Assembly (NCBI GenBank): GCA_030704615.1
Contig: CM060732.1
Location: 46,004,001 to 46,068,000, forward strand
Direction of reading: 5' to 3'
Length of the DNA stretch: 64,000 bases
Source: Takakia lepidozioides
Lineage: Eukaryota > Plantae > Bryophyta
The notes under the pieces are model-generated. The model had not been told where the DNA came from. It saw only the letters and a list, made by a program, of their open reading frames with translations, and ran no database searches. The position numbers and the translations under genes are program-made. Positions within the stretch are counted from its first letter, which is position 1; every line of letters begins with the position of its first letter. Shown piece after piece: positions 24,813 through 35,083 of the stretch.

Positions 24813-27800
24813 ATGTCCTCGTGCTTCAGCAACGCAAACCCATCCACCGAAATGGGTTGGGAAGCAGCGCAGATCTGGCCCACAAGCCACGCGAGATCGG
24901 ATAGCTCGCGCGGCGCGAGCCTTGACAAGGTGACCTTTCTTCATGTAGGATGTGAAGGAGTCTCAGGGAGTTTGACGGACCTCTGTTATGATAGTATAGT
25001 GTGGACTGGATTGTACCCCTAGCTGTTGAGTGAAGTTGGAATTCCGCTTTGCTCTGCAAACTCTGCTTTTACTGTCAATATCGTAGGTTGCTCTACCTAA
25101 GCAGGGAATGAAAGTAGGGTGCGCAAGGTTTTTCCCTGGAGTTTGCAAGGTATCCGGAAGGTCTTAGGAGGCCGTGTGTTAAATCTATTCAGCTGCACTG
25201 TGGTGGTTCTCACAGACCAATCCGAGATTACCCGACTACAGACACAAACAAGAGGTACTTTGGGTTGATGGTTGGTTGAATCCTCCGTGGGTGAAAAAAG
25301 AACTACGGGCTTTCATGACACAAGGTCAAGGACAATGTGGTGAGGGCACCTTCTTCAACACATTTAGCCTGTTAAGCTATTATCACAGCCGTCCCTAGTT
25401 TTTCATGTTGAGTTCTGCAAGTGAGCTGATGGGGTGGATCTATGGTGGTTTGGAGTGAGTTTGACATGTTACTGCCAGTGTGGCAACAGGCAATTATCCA
25501 AAAACAGAAAATAGGGCTGAAGAGAAGATTTGGAAGGAATTTTTTTCGGACCCCAGTCAATGGTGGGACAATCAAGGCAAAAAGGTGAATATCTATTAAA
25601 TTACAGAGAGAAGCAGACAACAAGATGCGTCACAAAGCTTTCTTGAAAATTGTCATCCTCTCTCTTCCCAGCACATTTTGAAAGTCTTGGGAGTAATTCA
25701 GCATAGGAACTAGTCTGTGATAACTAGGGTTGGGGTGTCTGCTAGAAAAAAATTAGGTTGTCAATGTTGGCAGCTAGCAGCAAGGGGAGGATCTATGCAT
25801 TATTGGTGCCGAGGCCGGGATGGCTGAAGGAGCAGGGATGGAGTGTGGGTCCAGATTCATCCGAGAGGGCCAGATTTCAAGCACAAGATTACTTATGAAT
25901 CTCTGTGGATTGATAGCCATAAGAAACCTGCCTGGGTACATATTCAACTGGAAGCAGCAGTGGCTGCACAGTTGATAGAATCAGGCACCTCCACCATGAC
26001 CACAGCTTCCAAAAGAGGACCAACAGAGGGAATCCATAATACCTTTTCTGGACATATCAGGACACTATGTGAGGCAGGGCACCTCAAGGAGGCTCTACAG
26101 ATTTTGAACCAAGGAGGCATTTCAGCAGATTCAGATACTTACGTCTGTCTCTTGCATAAGTGCATCAAGACGAAAGGCCTGCAAGCCGGAAAGCAGGTGC
26201 ACGCTCACATTATCCAAAGTGGTTTCAAGCCAAACGTTTTTCTACACAACACCCTTGTTAATATGTATGTTAAGTGCGGGAGCATTGTGGATGCATACCA
26301 ATTGTTCAACAAGATGCCTGAACGACGTTTGATCACGTGGAATATTATGATGGCAGGATTTAACAAGCACAGGTGTGGTAAGAACGTTTTGGAGACATAT
26401 GAGCAAATGATAGCGGAAGGTATGAAGCCCAACCATATCACGTTTGTTAGCGTTTGCAATGCATGTGCGGGCCTGGCAGCCCTGGAAAAGGGCAAAGAGG
26501 TCCATGGTGAGATCATCAAAGCGGGAATTGTACCAGATGTCATTCTGAACAATACCCTGGTTGACATGTATGCCAAAGGTGGGAGCATCGAGGATGCAAA
26601 GGGAGTGTTCGACAATATGGCTGAACGAAATGTGGTGTCCTGGAGCACGATGATTACAGGGTATGCCCAGCATGGGTGCGGGATGGAGGCTTTGGAGACA
26701 TATGAGCAAATGATGCGGGAAGGGGTGAAGCCGGACCGGGTCACATTTGCTTGCGTTTGCAATGCATGCGCGAGCCTGAGAGCCCTGGACAAGGGCAAGG
26801 AGATCCATGGTGACATCATGACAGCGGGAATTGTACCAGATGTCGTTCTGAACAATACCCTGGTGGACATGTATGCCAAAGGCGGGAGCATTAAGGATGC
26901 AAAAGGAGTGTTTGACAATATGGCTGAACGAAATGTGGTGTCCTGGAGCGCGATGATCGCAGGATATGCCCAGCATGGGTGTGGGATGGAGGCTTTGGAG
27001 ACGTATGAGCAAATGATGCGGGACGGGGTGAAGCCCAACCACATTACGTTCGTTTGCGTTTGCAATGCATGCTCGAGCTTGAGAGCCCTGGAAAAGGGCA
27101 AGAAGGTCCATGCTGACATTGTTGAAGCGGGCATCGTACCAGATGTCATTCTGAATACTGCCCTGGTGGACATGTATGCCAAATGCAGCAGCATCAAGGA
27201 TGCAAAGCGAGTGTTTGACAATATGGCTGAACGAAATGTTGTGTCCTGGAGCGTGATGATCGCAGGCTATGCCCAGCATGGGTGCGGGATGGAGGCATTA
27301 GAGATGTATGAGCAAATGGTGGGGGAAGGGGTGAAGCCGGACCAGGTCACGTTTGCTTGCGTTTGCAATGCGTGCGCGAGCCTGGCAGCCCTGGAAAAGG
27401 GCAAAGAGATCCATGGTGACATTATCAAAGCGGGAATTGTACCAGATGTCATTCTGAACAATACCCTGGTGGATATGTATACCAAATGCGGGAGCATTGA
27501 GGATGCAAAGGGAATGTTTGACAATATGGCCGAACGAAATGTGGTGTCCTGGAGCGCGATGATCGCAGGATATGCCCAGCATGGTTGTCATAGGGAGGCC
27601 CTGCAACTATTTGAAGGAATGCAGAAGGAAGGCTTGAAGCCAGACAGTATTACCTTTATATGTGTTCTCTCTGCATGCAGTCACGTTGGCCTACTGGAGG
27701 AAGGAAGACGCTACTTTCATTCCCTGAGTCAAGATCATGGTGTCACTCCGACAGTAAAGCACTTTGGCTGCATGGTGGACCTTCTTGGACGTGCGGGGCG

Positions 27801-28464
27801 ATTGGATGAGGCAGAGGACCTCATTAATAAAATGCCAATCAAACCAGATGCTGTGGTGTGGAAGGCCTTGCTTGGTGCCTGCAGAATCCATGGCAATGTA
27901 GAGATGGCTGAACGTGCGGCAACGTCTATTCTCAAGTGGGATGAACAGGATGCCGGGACTTATGTGTTGCTATCAAACGTCTATGCCGCAGCTGGCAGGT
28001 GGGATGATACTGCAAGGGTGAGAAAAATGATGAAGGTCAGAGGCGTTAGAAAGGAGCCGGGTCGCTCCTGCATTGAGGTTGGCAACAGGGTGCACACCTT
28101 TCTTGTAGATGACAAATGGCATCCCAAAATTGACGAAATCCATGCCGAGCTGAGAAGATTGTCTGGGCAGATGAAGGAGGCAGGGTATGTGCCTGACACA
28201 CGCTTTGTATTGCATGATGTGGGGGAGGAGCGAAAGGAATTTTCTCTTTGCCTCCACAGTGAGAAGCTGGCCATTGGTTTTGGGCTTATCACCACAGCCC
28301 CTGGGACGCCTCTGCGCGTCATCAAGAATCTTCGGGTGTGTGGTGATTGCCACACCGCCACCAAGTTCATCTCAAAGATAGTTGGTCGAGCAATTGTGGT
28401 ACGGGATGCTAACCGGTTTCACCACTTTGAAGATGGGGTTTGTTCTTGTGGGGATTACTGGTGA
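24813..28464 (+). CDS. PLS-E-DYW PPR protein (17 PPR motifs) with N-terminal OSB-type PDF motifs (1.5 copies)
   Basis: Exons 24813-24929 (tentative start), 25216-25339, 25490-25584 and 25855-28464, all phase-consistent. L-S-(PLS)x4-P2L2S2, E1, E2, PG box PGRSCIE, HSEKLA, CGDCH, terminal DYW. The main exon is very secure; the start exon is uncertain. Confidence 0.9.
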
Positions 28465-28764
28465 AAACATTTTTTCCCTGGAAAGGGGTAAGTGTCTTGC
28501 TTCATTCATGATCTGCATAGCTATTTCGTAGATCCACCATTGATCCTGAGAACATAGGCTCTGTTGTACGGTTTGAGACATTTCCTCCGGCAACCTTTCA
28601 AGAGCCCATAGTGGGGTGTACCCAGCATAGGTGGAAAGTCAGCCCATAATTGCTGAATGAGCAGGTAATGGGGGGGAATTGTGACTAACTCTGATAGTGG
28701 AAGGAAATATAATGCAATCTGGAGACGATATTCATTTGTGATTCATTTCCAGGGTTCTCCACCA

Positions 28765-29160
28765 GAGAGACGCTCTCTTCAAATCTATCAAGGGAATTGT
28801 AACCGTACCTCTATTTACCATCTTGAAAATCTCGAGGATGAGTGAAAAGCACAGGCACTTTTGGGGCTTAGTTATTGGCAAACCACACACAGATGCTTGT
28901 GTAAAGGGATTTCTAGAGGATATCTGGAAAACCCGGATCACTTGTTTATTCCAAGGTAAGTCTCACTACCGGCGTCAGCCCCTGACAAAGGTAGGTTCCG
29001 TCGAGGCCATCAAGACCATTCCACGCAATGGGCGATTGCACTCTCCCTTTCCTCTCTGCTTCTGTTTGCTGTTCAAAGGTAGGCTTCCCACCCTGAGTTT
29101 AAATTTCAGTCTAGTGCCAAGAGTGGGTAGAACCTTGAGGTCATCCATGATGTCCTCCCA
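28765..29160. mobile_element. Rearranged LINE 3' fragment (second family)
   Basis: 28765-29000 (+) matches 36595-36830 and 37605-37830 (DACVKGFLEDIWKTR). 29030-29150 is the reverse complement of 37430-37545. Confidence 0.75.
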
Positions 29161-29886
29161 TGAATGAAAGAGAGATGAAATGCATGAAGATGTGCCTTGG
29201 CAATTGGCATAAATGACTGTACTTTTATATATGTTACTTGAGATTCAAGATTGCTCATTGAACTAACTCTAACATTCATGATCCCTCTACAGTCAGAGGT
29301 GAAGGCCAACTGACTGGGAACTGGAATCTTTAGAAAGCGAGACTCACCTCAACATAAGGGTGTTTGTTGTGCTAATCTCTTTTGCCACTTCAGCAACACA
29401 GGCCAAAGCCATTGTGCAATCATTGAGTGGGTGTGCTGGTTTATAGCTCTCAGGAGACAAACTAGAGGTGGTTGTTACTGCAAGTACAATTCCATCAGTG
29501 GCTAATTTATTGCCAAGAGAGAGGCTCAAATGAGGGGTTCATGCACCCATGCTGGGTAGGTCTGTCGCAGTGCAATCAGAAGTTCATCGTTCTCTGACAT
29601 TGTCGTCTCCTTTGCTGTCAGGGTCTCATGTCTGCATGCAAAGATCACCCCTGCACCAGATTCACCCAGCTCCCTGTCAGTGCAGGAAATGTGATAACTT
29701 TTTCTTTCTCTGCTTCGATCACGATCTTGGGCTTCATTTCTACCTCCTGGGTGGTGGACCCCACAATCAGCTCTTGGAGCGTTCATATTCCACAAAGGAA
29801 ATACCCTCAACACTATGTCATAGTTAACATTCCAAGGGAATGGTGACTGAAGCAAGATACTGACAACTTACAGGAAAAACATCATT

Positions 29887-30290
29887 TTACCAGTTTTCCC
29901 CACCACAGCAACAAACCACATCTTTAAAGTGGTGAAAAGGGATGCATACCATACAACAATTGCTCACCCAAAAGTCTTTCGAGATGCTCATGAAGCGTCT
30001 GGGAGGCACTAGACAATTTGGAGGCATCCCTGGGCCGTCCTGATCAGCCCAGAAGCCATGCCCAACTTCTCACTGTGGTGCCAAAGACAAAATTCTGTTT
30101 GCTCCTTCTGCACCCCGTTGAATGCAGCAGCTGACCTGGCAGCTTTTTGGCACTTTTGACTTTCATCAGTTTTCTCAACTTTGGAGTAAAGTTCCATCCG
30201 CCAGCTGCGCCATAGATATTGATAGCAACAATCCCTTTGCATATCTTCACATATGCAGATATAGTCAATAGCTAACATTCCACGGGAGTG
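29887..30290 (-). pseudogene. Degenerate E2-DYW fragment (third copy)
   Basis: YGAAGGW..LRKLMKVKSAKKLPG, EFCLWHHSEKLGMASGLIRTA, and a terminus homologous to CSCGxYW, with deletions and frameshifts. The 3' flank tggtaaaatgatgttttt is shared with the 30365 gene end. Confidence 0.85.
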
Positions 30291-30364
30291 GTGAATGAAC
30301 CCAGCAGCTGAATACTGCTAACAAATGAAGCAAGACACTTGCACCTTACCAGAAAAACATCATT

Positions 30365-33300
30365 TTACCAGTACTCCCCACAAGAACAAACCCCATCTTC
30401 AAATTGGTGAAAGCGGTTGGCATCTCGTACAATAATTGCTCGGCCAACAATCTTTGAGATGAACTTGGTGGCTGTGTGGCAGTCACCACACACCCGAAGG
30501 TTCTTGATGATACGAAGAGGTGTCCCTGGGGCTGTGCTGATCAGCCCAAAAGCAATAGCCAGCTTCTCACTGTGATGGCAAAGAGAAAACTCTTTATGCT
30601 CCTCCTCCACATCATGCAATACAAAGCGTGTATCAGGCACATAGCCTGCCTCCTTCATCTGGGCAGACAATCTTCTCAGCTCAACATGGATTTCCTCAGT
30701 TTTTGGGTGCAATTTGTCATCTACCACGAATGTGTGCACCCTGGTGCCAACCTCAATCCAGCAGCGGCCTGGCTGCTTTCTGACACCTCTGACATTCATC
30801 ATTTTTCTCACCTTTGCAGTATCATCCCACCTGCCAGCTGCAGCATAAACATTTGAAAGCAACACATACGTTGTAGCATCCTGTTGATGCCACTTGAGAA
30901 TATATTTTGCTGCACGTTCTGCAACCTCCACATTGCCATGGAGTCTGCAGGCACCAAGCAAGGCCTTCCACACCACAACATCTGGTTGGACTGGCATTTT
31001 GTCAATGAAGTCTTCAGCCTCATCCAATCGCCCCACACGGCCAAGAAGGTCAACGACACACCCAAAGTGCTCCACTGTAGGAGTGAGCCCATGGTCTCGA
31101 CTCAGGGAATCAAAGTAGTGTCTGCCTTCATCCAGCAGGCCCCCATGGCTACAAGCTTGGAGAACACATGTGAAGGTGATACTATTCGGCTTCAAGTCTT
31201 CCTTCTGCATTCCTTCAAATAGATGCAGAGCCTCCCTACAACAACCATGCTGAGCATATCCTGCGATCATCGCACTCCATGACACCAAATTTCGTTCAGC
31301 CAGATTGTCAAACAGTACCTTTGCATCCTTGATGCTCCCACATTTCGCATACATGTCCACAAGGGTATTATTCAGAATGACATCAGGTACAATTCCAGCT
31401 TTCATGATGTCAGCATGGACCTCTTTGCCCTTTTCAAGGGCTGCCATGCTGGCACACGCATTGCAAACGCCAACATACGTCACCTGGTCAGGCCTCACCC
31501 TTTCCCGCATCATTCCCTCATAGGTCTCCAAAGCCTCCATCCCACAACCATACTGGACATATCCTGCGATCATCACACTCCATGATACAACATCTCGTTC
31601 AGCCATATTGTTGAATACTCGCTTTGCATCTTTCATGCTCCCACATTTGGCATACATGTCCACAAGGGTATTGTCCAGAATGATATCAGGTACAATTCCA
31701 GCCTTCATGATGTCAGCATGGACCTCTTTGCCCTTCTCCAGGGCTGCCAGGCTGGCACACGCATTGCAAACACAAACAAACGTGACACGGTTGGGCTTCA
31801 CCCTGTCCCCCTTCATTTCCTCGTAGGTATCCAAAGCCTTCATGCAATTCCCATGCTGGGCATATCCTGCAATCAGCGCACTCCATGAGACCACATCTCG
31901 TTCAGCCATATTGTCGAACACTACCCTTGCATCTTTGATGCTCCCACATTTGGCATACATATCCACAAGAGTATTACCCAATATAACATTTGGTACGATT
32001 CCAGATTTGATGATGTCCGCATGGACCTCTTTGCCCTTTTCCAGGTCTGCCAGGCTGGTACACGCCTTGAGAACACAACTGAATGTGACCTGGTCAGGCG
32101 TCACACCTTCCTGTACCATTTGCTCATAGGCCTCGAAGGAATTCATAACACATCCATGTTTGGTATATCCTGCCATCATTATAGTCCACGAAAATATATT
32201 TCGTTCAGGCATTTTGTCAAACACTCGCTGTGCATCCACAATGCTCCCGCACTTGACATACATGTTGACAAGGGTGTTGTGTAGAAACACATTTGGCTTG
32301 AATCCACTTTGGATTATATGTGCATGCACCTGCTTTCCTGCTGCCAGGCATTTCATCTTGATGCACTTATACAAGAGAAATACATACATATCTAAATCTG
32401 CTGAAATACCTCCTTGATTCAAAATTTGTAGAGCCTCTTTCAGTTGCCCTGCCTCAGATAGTGTCCTCACATACCCAGAATTGCCAGAAGAGGTCTTGTG
32501 GACTCCCTCTCTTGGTCCTCTTTTGGAAGACGTGGCCATGGTGGAGGTGCCTGCTTTTGTCAACTGTACTGCTGGTGCTGCTTCCAGTTGACCATCTACC
32601 CATGCAGGTTTCTTATAGCTATCAATCCACAGGGGATCATAGGTGCTCTTGTTCTTGAAATCTGGCGCTCTCGGATGAATCTGGACCCACACTCCATCCC
32701 TGCCTCCTTCAGCTATCACTGCCTCGGCACCAATAATGCATAAGGTCCTACCCTTGCTGCTAGCAGCTAACAATGACAGCCTAAAAATGTCCTAGCAGAT
32801 ACCCTACGTATCCCACATTAGTTCCTATGCTGAATTGCTCCCAGGAGAGGGGGAGGATGACAATTCGCAAGAAAGCTTTGCAAGGAAGCTTGTTGTCTGC
32901 CTCTCTCTATGGCATAACAGACATTCACCTTTTTGCCTCGATTGTCCCACCATTGGCTGGGGTTCAAAAAATATTCCTTCCAAAGCTTCTCCTCATCTTT
33001 GTTTTCTGTTTCTGGATAATTGCCTGTTGCCACATCGGCAATAACAGGTGAAAAACACTCAGAACCACCACAGATCCAGCCACTGAGCTAACTTACAAAA
33101 CTCGACGTGAAAATCAGGGTCAAGTCTGATAAGAGGACAAAACAAGCTTAAAGGTGTCGAAGGAGGTGACCTCACCATATTGTCCTTTACGTTGTGTTGA
33201 GAAAGAAGCAAGCTTTTCTTTCACCCAAGGAGGATTCGACCAACCCTCAATCCAAAGGACCTCTTGTGTGCATTGCTTATGTGTGTAGTCCAATGATCTT

Positions 33301-34552
33301 GGGTTGGTCTGAAAACCACCACGGTGCAGCTGAGAAGCCACAATTTAAAGACAGCCTCCTAAGACCAAGCAGACATAACACGGACAGGAACAGCCACTTC
33401 CATAGTACAGACAAACATTCTTCACATCATGTAAGAAGAAATCCCACACCTTGCCATTGTGGTTGTCCCACCATTGTGAAGGATCTCTACAGAACTCCTG
33501 CCAGTGCTGTTCCATGCTCCATGGTTGACCTTCATGCCAGAAACTTAAAGACCATCACCGTATGTTCCTCATTGTGTTGAATGTAATAGAGCCCCGGATT
33601 GACTTGCATGAATGTTGTTGAAAGCTTACACTTGCACTCTAAACATGTCCAGACTTACAGATGCAAGTCAAGCTTGTGCATGACAAGGCTGCCCCTCTAA
33701 TCAGGCTCACTACAAGTCGTACTCACTTTCATCTTCAAATTTTGCAAAAGCTCCACCATCCACACCCAAATAAAAAACGCACTCCCATATCTTTCCACCG
33801 TCACAAAACTGTTCTCGACCTTGTGCCATGGCAATTAGCTTTTCTTTCACCCAAGGAGGATTGAACCAATCGTCAATCCACAGGACCTCTCGTGTGAACT
33901 GAATATTTCTGTAGTCTGGAGAGTTTGGATTGGTCTGTAAAAACCACCAGGGAAAAGCCGAGGAGTCACAATTTTAACAAGCCACAACCATCTGACCCTC
34001 CCCAAAATACCTCGCAAACTCCCAGAGAAGACCTTGCGCATCATCCTATCATGCCCGGCTGAGGATGAACAACCTACGATCCTGGAAATACTTACGGTAA
34101 GAGCAGTTTTTGAAGAACAAACCGAGATTCCAACATCATTGAACAACTGGTTGGTACAATCCAGTCTAAAAACTATCGTTATACCAGATTCAGTCCAACT
34201 CCCTCAATGATAAACACATACTACAAAATCTCACCTTGTCAATGGTGTAGTCCCACCGTTGTGAAGGATCTTTGAAGAACTCCTGCCATTGCTGTTTTAT
34301 GCTCCAACATTGACCTGCGCGCCAGATATACCAGTTATAGCCCTTGTGTGTGGTTTCTGCACAACCCAAGGAGCTCTGTCCGTGGCTCGTTGCCAAGGGT
34401 GAAGCCGGTTTCAGCTCCATAGCCCAGCCCCTGAATGTGCTTGATTTGCTGCATGACGATGTGGGGCCTCTGGCATGACCAAATCGAGAAGACGGGGCCT
34501 TGGGTAAGGAGTCCGCGTGCGCGCTTAGCAGAAGGCTGGAACACGCTTCCAT
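30365..34552 (-). CDS. Transit peptide + 3 OSB-type PDF motifs + PLS-E-DYW PPR protein (14 PPR motifs, ends EYW), ~1035 aa
   Basis: Exons 34552-34235, 33934-33783 (donor uncertain; 33805 is the alternative), 33543-33450 (acceptor uncertain), 33308-33176, 33023-32929 and 32680-30365. Ser-rich N-terminus MEACSSLLLSAHADSLPKAPSSRFGHARGPTSSCSKSSTFR; L-S-(PLS)x3-P2L2S2-E1-E2; PGRCWIE; HSEKLA; CGDCH. Confidence 0.9.
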
Positions 34553-35083
34553 CCCCACCAGCAAGTGAAGGAGGAGCAGAAAATACTTTCTTCTTGTCCG
34601 TGCACTTGGAACCCTAATTCAACACCACCAGGCTCTTTTATTTACATGGAAAGATCATCCAGCTTCAAGGATCACGCACAGGGTGTACACCATCATTGCT
34701 GCTCCAATTTCTGAAGACTCTTTCATTCTTCTCTCGCTGTCTCCCGTCACCAATCCCCACCCAAAGCAGAGGCTGCGTCTCGCTACCTCCCCAATTCACT
34801 TCCCAGCCAACGTCATTCTGCAGATTATCCAGAGCGTGTGCCATCAGAACGTGTTATCACTAGGCATTCCTCAAACTTCACTTGTGCAGACCAGCGCGGT
34901 GACTCAATTGTGTAGTGTTGAAGATAAAGACAGTTTTGAACTTTTATAATACCTCCACACCAACGTCATCGCATTTGAGGAAGGCGAGTTCCTCAAAAGG
35001 GAATCCGAGTCCTAATCCTAGCCCTAGCTGAGGGACAAGGAAACAGACCAAAGGAGAGGAAACAGCTCCCTGTCTCCACCAGG

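Noticed and set aside
24820-24928. OPR/RAP-like peptide LAPRELSDLAWLVGQ on the minus strand
   Set aside because: A single short resemblance; not supportable.
25843-25854. ORF-track starts of the PPR genes (25843 GTG; 32773 TTG)
   Set aside because: Both lie in introns upstream of the cag acceptors at 25854 and 32681; the real N-termini come from spliced exons.
26205-28370. Long antisense ORFs over the PPR genes (also 30476-32417) and over the DCL repeat (20879-21580)
   Set aside because: Shadow frames of repetitive coding sequence.
28180-28464. U-to-C (KP-type) editing factor
   Set aside because: PG boxes, HSEK and xYW termini are of the C-to-U type.
29526-29855. Extra PDF motif from YPAWVHEPL
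   Set aside because: Only PAWVH matches; the WWDN and PDF parts are absent.
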